A stretch of DNA of 47,956 bases, taken from NCBI GenBank assembly GCA_945870555.1, contig CAMBSI010000004.1:1-47956 (forward strand), in the 5' to 3' direction. Below, in pieces: positions 32,323 to 42,900 of this stretch (positions are counted from its first letter, which is position 1; the number at the start of each line of letters is the position of its first letter). This DNA comes from Staphylococcus epidermidis (lineage in GTDB: Bacteria; Bacillota_I; Bacilli_A; RFN20; CAG-826). The notes beneath the pieces are model-generated. The model had not been told where the DNA came from, did no database searches, and saw only the letters and a program-made list of their open reading frames with translations. Made by a program: the position numbers and the translations under genes.

Positions 32323-33234
32323 GTGAACAAATCCATTCAAGATTTTCTTGAGTATTTAACCCACACAAGGAAATTTTCACCGCAAACGGTCATATCTTAC
32401 GAACATGATTTAACCTTATATTTTCGTTTTCTTCATGATCAATCATTGTTATTTGATCGGGTTCAAGTGCAGCAAGCGCGATCTTTTTTAGCGTCTCAAC
32501 TTCAACTCGGATTGAAAGCAACCACGCTCAAAAGAAGAATCGCAAGTTTAAAACATTTCTATCAACACTTAATTGATCTTGGTGTTCTCCAAGTGAATCC
32601 GTTTGCGTTGGTTCATTCTCCAAAAGTTAAAAAACCGTTGCCCATGATTTTAGATGAACACCAAGTTCAACAGGTCCTTCATCAAAATCTCAATGAGGGG
32701 ACGATTTTGGTGATGAGAGATCTTGCTTTGGTTGAATTGCTATATGGGTCAGGTCTACGGGCAAGTGAAGTCGTCAACCTCACCATCCAAGATATAAATC
32801 TTAGTCAACGGATGTTGCGTATTTTAGGTAAAGGAAATAAGCAACGTTTGGTTCCGATCACCAAACCTTGCCAACAAAGTATTGGTCTTTACTTAAAGGA
32901 TGTTCGCCCAACCTTAATGAAGGGTCTAGATGAAAGCAAAGTGTCAAATTATTTATTCTTGAATCATCATGGTCAACGTCTTACGGTTCGAGGGTTAGAG
33001 TACATCCTTACTCAATTGGCGAGAAAAACCGGATTAGAACTTCATGTACACCCCCATCAACTCCGGCATACCTTTGCCACTCAATTGCTCGATAATGGTG
33101 CGGATTTACGCACAATTCAAGAATTACTTGGCCATGCCACGATCAATACCACGCAGATTTATACCCATGTCAGCAAAGAAGCGTTACAAAAGGAATACCG
33201 CGCCGCACATCCGAGGGCCCTAAAAAAGAGGTAA
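32323..33234 (+). CDS. xerC: Tyrosine recombinase XerC/CodV
   Basis: RD-A--ELLYGSGLR-SE, GKGNKQR-VP, HPHQLRHTFAT-LL--GADLR-IQELLGH and TTQIYTHV. Usual position after topA, GTG start. Confidence 0.9.
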   Translation: MNKSIQDFLEYLTHTRKFSPQTVISYEHDLTLYFRFLHDQSLLFDRVQVQQARSFLASQLQLGLKATTLKRRIASLKHFYQHLIDLGVLQVNPFALVHSPKVKKPLPMILDEHQVQQVLHQNLNEGTILVMRDLALVELLYGSGLRASEVVNLTIQDINLSQRMLRILGKGNKQRLVPITKPCQQSIGLYLKDVRPTLMKGLDESKVSNYLFLNHHGQRLTVRGLEYILTQLARKTGLELHVHPHQLRHTFATQLLDNGADLRTIQELLGHATINTTQIYTHVSKEALQKEYRAAHPRALKKR

Positions 33235-33242
33235 TTTATCAT

Positions 33243-33270
33243 TTGATATTGGTTGAATTTGTGCTAAAAT
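33243..33270 (+). promoter_or_regulatory. rpsB-tsf promoter
   Basis: TTGATA-16 nt-TAAAAT with extended -10 TGTGCTAAAAT. Confidence 0.7.
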
Positions 33271-33276
33271 AACCAT

Positions 33277-33370
33277 GCTCTAGCGAATGTTAGAGACAAC
33301 ACACATCATGAATTCAACTTCCATGTCTAACTTAGGTTAGGGCGGTTGTCAGAAGTGATGGAGGCAAAAC
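33277..33370 (+). ncRNA. S2 (rpsB) autoregulatory leader RNA
   Basis: Hairpin CTCTAGC/GTTAGAG, then ACACACATCA...TGATGGAGGCAAAAC, resembling the CACAC...UGGAGGCAUAAC architecture of rpsB leaders. Confidence 0.7.
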
Positions 33371-33386
33371 AAATAGGAGGTTTACC

Positions 33387-34778
33387 ATGAGTGAACTAAA
33401 GAAGGATAGCGCTTTACCTGCGGTCAAGAGTACCGAAATCAAAGACGCAATGGCCGATGTCGTACGTTCTACTACCGAACCGATTATCTCGATGAAAAAA
33501 CTTGCAGCAGCGGGTGTCCAATATGGTCACCAAATGCGCAAATGGAATCCAAAAATGGCGAAGTTTATTTACACTTCCGACCGTGGGATTTACATCGTTG
33601 ACCTAAAAAAGACCGTTACCAAAATTGAAGAAGCTTATAATAAATTAAAAGAAATTATCACGAATAAAGGCACGGTTTTGTTTGTTGGAACCAAGAAACA
33701 AATCCAAGCAGTCATCAAAGAAGAAGCATTACGTTCGGGGTCTTTTTACATTAATACCCGTTGGTTAGGTGGAACCTTGACCAATTTCCGCACCATTCTT
33801 GGAAGAATCCGTTACTTAAAGGATTTAGAACAACAAGAAGCCAGTGGCACCCTTGATCTTTTACCAAAGAAAGAGGCCGGTGGTCTACGCAAGATGAAAG
33901 ATAAATTACTTAAGAACCTTGAAGGTATTAAAGAAATTCGTGGTTTACCAAAAGCAGTCTTTGTGGTCGATCCAACCGTTGATCATAACGCGGTTGCAGA
34001 AGCACGCAAACTCAATATTCCAGTATTTGCAATCACCGACACAAATTGTGATCCAGATTTAGTGGATTACCCAATTCCCGGAAATGATGATGCCATTGGT
34101 TCCGTTCGCTTAATCGTTCAAACGATTGCCGATGCAATTGTGGAAGCAAAAGGTGGCGTGACCGTTGTTGCCTATACAAAAGATGATGAATTTATTGCTA
34201 AAATCGCAGCCTTAAAAGAAGCAACCAAACCACAAGATCGTAGTTATGGCCCACGCCAAGACTATCACCGTAGTAGTTCATCCTCCTCTTATAATTCAAC
34301 GTCGAGCACTGCTCCTGCAGCGACGCCAACCGCGACGGTAACTGCAAGCACCCCAACCACCACAGTGACGAAACCTGTTGTAGCAACCGTTGCTACTGTA
34401 AACCCAGTTGTAACACCAGTTCCTGCTGCAAAACCTGTCGCAACACCAGTTCCTGCTGCAAAACCTGTGGCAACACCAGTTCCTGCAACCAAACCTGTCG
34501 CAACACCAGTTCCTGCTGCAAAACCTGTGTCAACACCAGTTCCTGCAACCAAACCTGTCGCAACGCCAGTTGCTGCTGCAAAACCTGTGGCAACGCCAGT
34601 TGCTGCTGCAAAACCTGTTGCTACACCAGTTCCTGCAACCAAACCAGTCGTAGCACCCGTTGCTGCATCCAAACCATCAGCGGTTACCTCACCTGTTTCT
34701 CCGGTTAAGGTTGAAGAAAATGCTGACAAAAAACCACGTGTTGCACGAAAACCAAAAATTGAAGCGAAGGAAGAATAA
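33387..34778 (+). CDS. rpsB: 30S ribosomal protein uS2 with N-terminal (~30 aa) and C-terminal (~200 aa) extensions
   Basis: G-QYGH---WNPKM, LFVGTKKQ, RWLGGTLTNF, DTNCDP and PGNDDAI. AGGAGG SD at ATG 33387, followed by tsf. Confidence 0.98.
   Translation: MSELKKDSALPAVKSTEIKDAMADVVRSTTEPIISMKKLAAAGVQYGHQMRKWNPKMAKFIYTSDRGIYIVDLKKTVTKIEEAYNKLKEIITNKGTVLFVGTKKQIQAVIKEEALRSGSFYINTRWLGGTLTNFRTILGRIRYLKDLEQQEASGTLDLLPKKEAGGLRKMKDKLLKNLEGIKEIRGLPKAVFVVDPTVDHNAVAEARKLNIPVFAITDTNCDPDLVDYPIPGNDDAIGSVRLIVQTIADAIVEAKGGVTVVAYTKDDEFIAKIAALKEATKPQDRSYGPRQDYHRSSSSSSYNSTSSTAPAATPTATVTASTPTTTVTKPVVATVATVNPVVTPVPAAKPVATPVPAAKPVATPVPATKPVATPVPAAKPVSTPVPATKPVATPVAAAKPVATPVAAAKPVATPVPATKPVVAPVAASKPSAVTSPVSPVKVEENADKKPRVARKPKIEAKEE
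34371..34670 (+). repeat. In-frame 30-bp tandem repeat x10 (consensus KPVATPVPAA) in rpsB
   Basis: Units start at 34371, 34401 ... 34641, consensus AAACCTGTNGCAACACCAGTTCCTGCTGCA, with no spacers. A degenerate 11th unit runs to 34700. Confidence 0.95.
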
Positions 34779-34781
34779 AAC

Positions 34782-35660
34782 ATGGCCGATTTGATTGCTC
34801 TGATTAAAGAATTAAGAGAACGTACTGGCGCTGGTATGATGGATTGCAAGAAAGCATTACTTGAATCCAATATGGATATTACCAAAGCCCAAGCTTGGCT
34901 CCACGAAAAAGGCGTTTTAAAAGCTGCCAAAAAAGCTGATCGGATTGCTGCAGAAGGCCTATCCCTTGTTTTCATCAAGGCAGATTTAGGAATCCTTATT
35001 GAAGTAAACTGTGAAACAGACTTTGTCTCCCGAGGTGATGCTTTCCGTAAATTAGTTCAGGATGCGGCGATGATGATTTTACAAAAGCAACCTAAAACCC
35101 TTGACGATGCAACGACTTTAACCAAAAACTTATTCACTGAAAGTTTAGTTAAAATTGGTGAAAAACTAACCTTAAGAAGATTTACGTTACTTCGCAAAAC
35201 TGCGACTCAACGTTTTGGTCAATATATTCATATGAATGGTGTTGTCTCCAGTTTAGTCCTTGTTGAAGGTGGCGACCAAGGTTTTGCTGATCAATTGGCC
35301 ATGCATGTGACTGACCGTAACCCAACCTATCCAAGCTTAGCCTCAGTTCCAGCAACTTTGATTAAAGATGAAACAACCAAACAAAAAACTGCAGTAAAAG
35401 AAGATCCAAAATACGCGAATAAACCTGAAGCAATTCTGACCAAAATTATTGAAGGTAAAGTCAACACCATGTTTAAAGAATCCTCTTTAGATATGCAACC
35501 ATTTATGTTTTCCGAATCTGAAGAACCCACCAAAGTTTATTTAGAAAAGCATAAAACAAAAGTCATTCAATTCGCCCGATATAAAGTTGGCGAAGGCATT
35601 GAAAAGAAGGTTGCAGATTTCGCGAGTGAAGTCATGTCTCAAGTCAAAAACACTCATTAA
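34782..35660 (+). CDS. tsf: Elongation factor Ts
   Basis: IKELRERTGAGMMDCKKAL, EVNCETDFV, YIH and VGEGIEK. Confidence 0.98.
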   Translation: MADLIALIKELRERTGAGMMDCKKALLESNMDITKAQAWLHEKGVLKAAKKADRIAAEGLSLVFIKADLGILIEVNCETDFVSRGDAFRKLVQDAAMMILQKQPKTLDDATTLTKNLFTESLVKIGEKLTLRRFTLLRKTATQRFGQYIHMNGVVSSLVLVEGGDQGFADQLAMHVTDRNPTYPSLASVPATLIKDETTKQKTAVKEDPKYANKPEAILTKIIEGKVNTMFKESSLDMQPFMFSESEEPTKVYLEKHKTKVIQFARYKVGEGIEKKVADFASEVMSQVKNTH

Positions 35661-35672
35661 GGGTGTTTTTTT
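35646..35672 (+). terminator. Terminator/attenuator overlapping the tsf stop
   Basis: AAAAACACTC-attaa-GGGTGTTTTTTT. Confidence 0.7.
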
Positions 35673-35691
35673 CTCATTAAAGGGAGGGAAT

Positions 35692-36408
35692 ATGAAACGA
35701 ATCGTGATCAAACTTTCCGGGGAAGCCTTAGCGGATACCCAAGAAAAAACAATTTTAGAAGCGCTTCATTTATCATCCGTTGCGAAAGCAATCAAGACCA
35801 TTCATGGTCAAGGCCTTGAAGTGGCGGTGGTGATTGGTGCCGGTAATATTTGGCGAGGAAAACTTGCAAAATCAATTGGCATTGAATCTTCAACCGCGGA
35901 TTACATGGGTATGCTTGGCACGATCATCAATTCATTAGCATTACAAAGTGCCCTTGAAAATGAAGGCGTTCAATGCCGCGTCTTGTCATCCATCCATGTC
36001 GAACAAGTTGCTGAAAACTATATTCGTCGTCGTGCGATTCGCCATCTGGAAAAAGGACGTGTGGTGATTTTTGCAGGGGGAACGGGTAGTCCTTATTTCT
36101 CAACCGATACCACGGCATCCTTACGCGCGATGGAAATTCATGCAGACACCATCTTTATGGCAAAAAACGGTGTTGCTGGTGTCTTTGATAGCGATCCAAA
36201 AACCAACAAAAATGCAAAGTTAATTAAAAACCTAACCTTTGATGAAATGCTCAATAAAAAATTTGCGGTCATGGATTTAACTGCGGTGTCTTTGATCAAA
36301 GATTCCCCAATTGTCATTCGGGTTTTTGACATGAAAGACACCAAGAATTTGGTGCAAGTCATCAAAGATGAATCGATTGGAACTACCATTCGTAAAGGAG
36401 TTTTATAA
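35692..36408 (+). CDS. pyrH: UMP kinase
   Basis: KLSGEAL, GAGNIWRG, DYMGMLGT-IN and GTG-PYFSTDT. Start ATG 35692 after GGGAGG. Confidence 0.97.
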   Translation: MKRIVIKLSGEALADTQEKTILEALHLSSVAKAIKTIHGQGLEVAVVIGAGNIWRGKLAKSIGIESSTADYMGMLGTIINSLALQSALENEGVQCRVLSSIHVEQVAENYIRRRAIRHLEKGRVVIFAGGTGSPYFSTDTTASLRAMEIHADTIFMAKNGVAGVFDSDPKTNKNAKLIKNLTFDEMLNKKFAVMDLTAVSLIKDSPIVIRVFDMKDTKNLVQVIKDESIGTTIRKGVL

Positions 36409-36951
36409 ATGGAAGCGATTGCAATCGAAGCGAAAGTGGCAATGGAAAAAACAATTGCCTCCCTACAAATTCAATTTAATACCTTGCGAACTGGTCGGGC
36501 TAACGCCTCGATACTTGATCGCGTGGTCGTTGATTATTACGGAGAACCTACACCCATTAACCAACTCGCAAGCATCGCAGTTCCTGAACCCCGTCAATTG
36601 TTAATCAAACCTTATGATAAGGGTGATATCAAGGCCATCCTAGAAGCGATCAACAAAGCGGAACTCGGGATTAATCCGGTTGCAGAAGCGGATTGTGTCA
36701 GATTATCGCTGCCTGCATTGACCCAAGATCGCCGAAAAGAATTAGCAAAACAAGCAAAAAAAATGGCGGATGAAGCAAAAATTGCCATTCGCAATATTCG
36801 TAAAGATTTTTTAGCAATGGTAACCGATGATGAGTATACGGAAGACTTAAAAAAGCGAATCGAAACCGATATGACCAAAGTGCACGATACGGTCATTGCC
36901 CAAATCGATGCTCAATTTATTGGAAAAGAAAAAGAAATCTTAACTTTATAG
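36409..36951 (+). CDS. frr: Ribosome recycling factor
   Basis: LRTGRA, V-YYG--TP, P-LT-DRRKEL and IRNIR. Confidence 0.97.
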   Translation: MEAIAIEAKVAMEKTIASLQIQFNTLRTGRANASILDRVVVDYYGEPTPINQLASIAVPEPRQLLIKPYDKGDIKAILEAINKAELGINPVAEADCVRLSLPALTQDRRKELAKQAKKMADEAKIAIRNIRKDFLAMVTDDEYTEDLKKRIETDMTKVHDTVIAQIDAQFIGKEKEILTL

Positions 36952-36994
36952 AAACGATACAAGGGCTTCCGGGGGGAAGTTGTATAATTGAATT

Positions 36995-37720
36995 ATGGCA
37001 AAAAAAAGTTTATTAGCGATGACATCTACCATTCAACATCTTGCCATCATCATGGACGGTAACGGTCGTTGGGCTAAAGCAAAAGACAAACCCCGTTTTC
37101 GTGGTCATCAAGAAGGCGCAAAACGCGTCTATGAAATTGCCAATGCTGTCAAGGCATTGAATATTCCTTATCTTTCCTTGTTTGCTTTTTCAACAGAAAA
37201 TTGGCAAAGACCTGCTACCGAAGTCAATGGCTTATTTCGCTTACTCAATGAATTTTTAAAAAAATATATTAAAACCCTTCATCAGGATCAAGTAAGACTT
37301 TTGATCTCGGGGCGTATGGAAGGTTTACCCTTACCCACGGTTACCTTACTTCAAGAAACCATGGAAGCAACCAAAAACTATACACGCTATACCTTAAATA
37401 TTTGTGTCAATTATGGTGGCCAAGACGAAATCGTCCGAGCGAGTAAAAAAGCAATGAAAGCCATCCAAAGTGGGGCCATCAAAGAAGAAGACCTTACTCC
37501 CAAAACCTTCACACAATTTCTAGATTCCGCAATTTTACCACCGATTGATTTTCTCGTTCGCACAAGCGGTGAACAACGATTATCGAATTTCATGTTATAT
37601 CAAATGGCGTATGCAGAAATCATCTTCGTTCAAAAAACTTGGCCAGATTTCAAGGAATCTGATTTAATGAATGTGATCAAGCAATATCACGAAAGGCAAA
37701 GAAGGTTTGGCAAAGTATGA
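36995..37720 (+). CDS. uppS: Polyprenyl (undecaprenyl) diphosphate synthase
   Basis: HLAIIMDGNGRWA, FAFSTENW-RP, NYGG, RTSGEQRLSNF and WPDF. Confidence 0.97.
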   Translation: MAKKSLLAMTSTIQHLAIIMDGNGRWAKAKDKPRFRGHQEGAKRVYEIANAVKALNIPYLSLFAFSTENWQRPATEVNGLFRLLNEFLKKYIKTLHQDQVRLLISGRMEGLPLPTVTLLQETMEATKNYTRYTLNICVNYGGQDEIVRASKKAMKAIQSGAIKEEDLTPKTFTQFLDSAILPPIDFLVRTSGEQRLSNFMLYQMAYAEIIFVQKTWPDFKESDLMNVIKQYHERQRRFGKV

Positions 37721-38688
37721 ACCCGATACAACCAGAATTTCAAAAACGTTTTTCTAACCGTGTGCTTGTTGCCCTTGTGCTTGCAGCATTGGCATTTCCT
37801 TCCATCTTCCTTGGGGATTGGTTCATTATTTTATTCGCTTTAGTTGGCTTATTATTTGCCACCCATGAAATGTTAAGCGTTAAACCCGGACAAGTATATC
37901 CGCTTGCAATTCGCATCTTTGTTTATCTGATGATGGTCGCCATGATTTTTTATATCTTCATTTATAACAATGTGGCTGCACCATTAATCCGCTTTGATTT
38001 TTCATTGTGGTCCTTTGCGACGGGTTTAAATAAATTAGAATTGCCAACCTCTATCTTAACAATCCTTGTTGCTACGTTATTTTTCTCTTCGATCACGGAT
38101 GTTCGCTTTAAGGTTCAGGATGCCACCTACTTAATCACGATGTCTGTGCTGTTATCACTTAGTTTTCAAGCATTTTTATTTCTAAGATTTTTCCCAGAGT
38201 TTATTTTTGATGAACCACGAGATTTTGGGGCCAATTCACTCCTATTACTATATGCAGCGGTTGGGACTTTCTTTACGGATATTGGAGCGTATTTAGTTGG
38301 GACATTTTTTGGCAGAAGTAAAATGAATATTCGGGTCTCAAAAAATAAAACTTGGGAAGGTTTCTTTGGTGGGGTATTCATCTCATTCTTAGGTTCATTC
38401 CTGTTTGCCATGATTGCCGATGGCTTAGGTTCACCATTATTACCATTTTTAACGATGCAAGAATGGTATTGGATTTTACTGTTATCCGTGATCATGCCAT
38501 TGATTGCAACCTTAGGCGACTTTACCTTCTCCATTATCAAACGGGAATTTGGCATTAAAAACTTCTCAAATGTATTAGGTGAACATGGTGGCATTCTCGA
38601 TCGGGTTGACTCTTTTTCAATGGTCGTCCTTGTGGTTGCCTTATTGATTACCTTGATTTATGACTTTTTCTACTTCATCCCGATTTAA
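37717..38688 (+). CDS. cdsA: Phosphatidate cytidylyltransferase
   Basis: D-GAY-VG--FG, S-NKTWEG and GD--FS--KR--GIKNFS--L--HGGILDRVDS. Confidence 0.96.
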   Translation: MNPIQPEFQKRFSNRVLVALVLAALAFPSIFLGDWFIILFALVGLLFATHEMLSVKPGQVYPLAIRIFVYLMMVAMIFYIFIYNNVAAPLIRFDFSLWSFATGLNKLELPTSILTILVATLFFSSITDVRFKVQDATYLITMSVLLSLSFQAFLFLRFFPEFIFDEPRDFGANSLLLLYAAVGTFFTDIGAYLVGTFFGRSKMNIRVSKNKTWEGFFGGVFISFLGSFLFAMIADGLGSPLLPFLTMQEWYWILLLSVIMPLIATLGDFTFSIIKREFGIKNFSNVLGEHGGILDRVDSFSMVVLVVALLITLIYDFFYFIPI

Positions 38689-38754
38689 TCAACCCATCCT
38701 TGTGCTGAATTTGTTAAAATAAATAGAGTCTTTTTATCATCCTGGAGGTGACCC

Positions 38755-39936
38755 ATGCAAACCTTACTTTCCACCGTTTTATTTCTGCTTTCCTTGGGTG
38801 TCCTCATTCTCATTCATGAATTAGGTCATTTTGTGATGGCAAAAGCATTCAATGTTTATGTTCGAGAATTTTCAATTGGATTTGGCCCGGTGATTTTCTC
38901 CTGGAAAAAAGGTGAAACCACCTATGCCCTCAAAGCCTTTCCGTTGGGTGGATACGTCGCCATGTTTGGTGAAGAAGTCAACGCAGCTGATCTTAAAGTG
39001 CCCATGAATCGTAGTTTACTTGGCATTTCTAAACCGAAACGTGCTTTGGTCATGTCAGCTGGTATCATTTTAAATTTAGCGTTAGCATTCTTATTATTTT
39101 TTGCATCCAACTGGGGATTTACCCAACGGACGCTCACGAATCAAATGGTCATCACCGATACGTCAATTTCTGATGTGGCTGGCATTGATTCGGGTGATGT
39201 TTTGGTCTTTACTCCTTTACGCGAGGGAACCATATCGGTCACCACGGATGAAGGTGTTGACACGTATCAACTGTTCATCAATGATTTTCAAACTTATGAC
39301 GACACCTTATCAGACCTTTTACGGGTTGGAAACATCGTCGATGGAAACTTTGTTCCTTATCCAATCGACTCAATTTCCGATTTTGTTGAATTTGCATTAC
39401 CAGTGAGAACCTATACAACCTCGACGGATTATACAGAACGTCTGGTGACGATTCGCCTAGAGGCCGAAGCAACCACGGATGGATTTCGTTTAGAACCTTT
39501 AGGGATTTCCTTTTATGTGGTCTTAACCGATTACACGTTCGTTGAAGCGGTTGAAGCATCAGGCCGGGATTGGTGGAATGGGGTGACCCTCATTGTCGAT
39601 ACGGTCATCAACTTATTCCGTGGACAAAACCTTGATCAAGTTGGGGGCATCGTTGCGATTTTTTCAACGACATCCTCGATTTTAACGAACCTAGGAATTG
39701 GGTCTTATATCTTTATCTGGGCCTTAATATCGGTTAATCTTGCCGTCTTTAATTTACTTCCATTTCCGGGTTTAGATGGTTGGCATTTGTTGGTGATTAC
39801 GGTTGAAGGCATCATGAAAAAAGAAATTCCTGCCCGTTTTAAAAATGCAGTTTCGATGGTTGGTTTTTTCATCCTCATGAGTTTAATGGTGTTCTTATTA
39901 ATTCGTGATATTTTGGCATTAATCTTGGTGGTATAA
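38755..39936 (+). CDS. rseP: Site-2 (RIP) metalloprotease RseP/RasP, M50
   Basis: HELGH, FSIGFGP, PLGGYV and NLLPFPGLDG. The PDZ region is divergent. Confidence 0.93.
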   Translation: MQTLLSTVLFLLSLGVLILIHELGHFVMAKAFNVYVREFSIGFGPVIFSWKKGETTYALKAFPLGGYVAMFGEEVNAADLKVPMNRSLLGISKPKRALVMSAGIILNLALAFLLFFASNWGFTQRTLTNQMVITDTSISDVAGIDSGDVLVFTPLREGTISVTTDEGVDTYQLFINDFQTYDDTLSDLLRVGNIVDGNFVPYPIDSISDFVEFALPVRTYTTSTDYTERLVTIRLEAEATTDGFRLEPLGISFYVVLTDYTFVEAVEASGRDWWNGVTLIVDTVINLFRGQNLDQVGGIVAIFSTTSSILTNLGIGSYIFIWALISVNLAVFNLLPFPGLDGWHLLVITVEGIMKKEIPARFKNAVSMVGFFILMSLMVFLLIRDILALILVV

Positions 39937-39937
39937 C

Positions 39938-42900
39938 GTGCAAGAAAAAATGGTTCGCTTCTTACAAACCCTCGGCATCGATGATGCTGATGCGTTTGAT
40001 TTACAATTTGAAGCGGTAACCAAACACCCTTTTAATCCTCAACAATGGGATATGGTCATCACCAAAGATCATCCTTGGACATTTTCTCAACTTGAACCAT
40101 TTTTAAAAGGAATCGCGTTACTGAATTATCCAACCTCCTTCACGTTTACGTATCGCGAAGCACCTACTTTAGAAAACATACTGAACCTATTCTTAGAGTG
40201 GCACCTCCATCATTACCGAGAACCTTTTGGCCGCTTGCCAATGGTGAATGGGCAAACGATACGGTTAACCTATCCAGATCAAGAAGCCTTTGAGCAAGAT
40301 AAACCTAAATGGACGGCCTTTAATGACATCCTTTTATTTATTCAATATCCATTGGTCTTCAAACACATCATCACAAAAGCAAAACCAAAAATCGATCAAG
40401 AAAAAGTAGACCACCTGCAAGAACAAGTCAAAGCAGTGATTGAATCGCGCCAAGACCAAGAGGATCAAGATATCTTTGTTCGGGAACATTTGCAACGGAT
40501 TAAAGAAGCAGAAGCTCAACTTGCTTTATCTTACGAACAAGGTGTTAAACAACAAGTCAATGTCGAAGCAAAAAAGAAATTAAGGCAAAAAGGTGACTAC
40601 GTTCCAACCGCTTTAAAAGATATCAAACTTAATAGTGGCCATGTTGAAATCGTTGGCACGATTTATAACATGTTTCGCAGAGAATTTAATGGTAATCTCG
40701 TCATTCGGTTTGTCTTAGCAGAAGGTGATCACGCCATTCTTGCATCGATCAGTGATCGTGATGCCGATATCGATGAGCAACTCGCACAATCCCTAAATGA
40801 TGGTGACCGCGTGCGTTTACGTGGTGGTATTGCCCTTGATCAAATCAATCAAGAACCACGTTTGTTTGCAAAAGAATGCGTCAAACTTCCGCCATTACCT
40901 TTACGAGAAGATCTGCATACGCGAAAGCGGGTTGAACTTCACCTTCACACAAAAATGTCGACCATGGATGGCGTTGGCGATATCGATGCCTATTGTGCGT
41001 TAGCAAAACACATGGGACATACCGCACTTGCCATTACCGATCATGGCGTCGTTCAAGGTTTTCCAGAAGCTCAAGCAGCGGCAAAAAAACATGGCATCAA
41101 AATGATCTATGGCGGTGAACTATACATGATTGATGAAACGATTGCCCACATTATGAATCCTGCAAATGTGTCGTTAAAGGACACGGATTATGTTGTCTTT
41201 GATTTAGAAACCACCGGGTTATCTTCGCGTTACGATCGCATCATTGAAATTGGTGCAATCCGAATCAAGAAAGGTGAAGTGGTCGATCGGTTATCGTTAT
41301 TAATTCATCCAAAGGATGTCGACATTAGTGCCACTGCAAGTGAAGTCAGTGGGATTACGATGGCAATGTTAAAAGGTCAACCAACGTTCGAGGACGTCAA
41401 AACCAAGATTCAATCTTTCTTTGCTAACGCAATCGTGGTTTCCCATAATGCACCATTTGATATGGGTTTTATGGTGGCAGCCTTTACCCGCTTAGGTGTG
41501 ACGTTTCAACCACCGGTGATTGATACCTTAACGTTATCCCGTTATTTATATCCAGAAGCAAATAGTCATCGATTAGGAGCATTGGCAAAACGATTAGATG
41601 TTCCGTTTGAAGAAGATAAAGCCCACCGCGCGATTTATGATGCAGAAGTATTGGTGTCGATTTGGGATGCATTAAGACAAAAAATCTCAACCGAACACCA
41701 AATCTTGAAGCATCAAGATTTAAACCAACTCAATCAAGTTAATACGCTTTCCAAGAACTTAAGAAATTATCATGTGACCGTCCTGGCAAGAAATCCAAAA
41801 GGTCTCAAAGCGTTATATGAACTCATCTCCTTAAGTCACTTAGATTTTTTCGCCGATGTCCCAAGAACTCCTCGACATTTGATTCTCTCTCATCGTGAAC
41901 ATCTCTTGTTAGGTTCCGCTTGCATGAATGGGGAAGTTTTTGAAGTGGCAAAAACCGGCTCGCGAGAAGCGTTAGAAAAAGTGATGGGGATGTATGACTT
42001 TATCGAAATTCAGCCACTTGAACAGTACGACTATCTTGTTCATACCGGTACCTTACCGTCCCTATCCATGGTGAAAACGTTACTCAACGAAATCATCACG
42101 GTTGCGAAGTCATTAAATAAAAAAATCGTTGCCACGGGAGATTGCCACTACGTGAATCCGGATGACCATTTAATTCGCGATGTGTATATTTTTGCAAAGG
42201 GTTTAAAAGGTGTGAACCATCCGATGAATCCATATTTTCGAAAAGACTTACCTAAATTTGAAAATCCTCGTCAACATTTTCGCTCCACGGATGAGATGTT
42301 AAAAGCATTTGATTGGTTGCCTAAAGAAGATGCAGAACGCATGGTCATTGATGAACCACTTGCCATCGCATCCATGATCCAACCCATGGAACCGATTCAA
42401 GCTGTCTTAAGAACACCAAAAATTGACGGTGCCGATCAAATGCTAAAAGATATTTGTTATGCCCAAGCCCATCGTCAATATGGAAAAACCTTACCAGCAT
42501 TCATTCAAGAACGCTTGGATACAGAACTGAATGGGATTATCAAATCCGGTTATTCCGTTATTTATTACATCACCAGTAAAATCATCGCCGAAGCGAATCA
42601 AAAAGGTTTTATTGTTGGTTCCCGAGGATCAGTGGGTAGTTCGTTTGCGGCAACGATGGCAGGGATCACCGAAGTTAATCCATTACCTCCACATTACTAT
42701 TGCCCACAATGCCAACACGTTGAATTCACAAACAATCCAACCATTAAATCTGGATTTGATTTACCCATATCCTTATGTCCACAATGTGGTCATTTGCTCA
42801 AGGGAGATGGACAGAATATTCCATTTGCAACTTTCTTAGGTTTTAACGCAAACAAAGTTCCAGATATTGATTTAAACTTTCCGCGCGATTACCAATCGCT

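Noticed and set aside
32323-33234. Tyrosine recombinase as a phage or ICE integrase
   Set aside because: It has Xer-type motifs and size, sits in the normal topA-xerC position, and has no mobile cargo or att sites.
34371-34670. 30-bp repeat array as a CRISPR
   Set aside because: The units are contiguous with no unique spacers, are in frame within rpsB with mostly codon-level variation, and there are no cas genes.
34289-34978. Antisense ORFs of 229 aa and 72 aa over rpsB/tsf
   Set aside because: These are stop-free shadows of the low-complexity repeat on the opposite strand.
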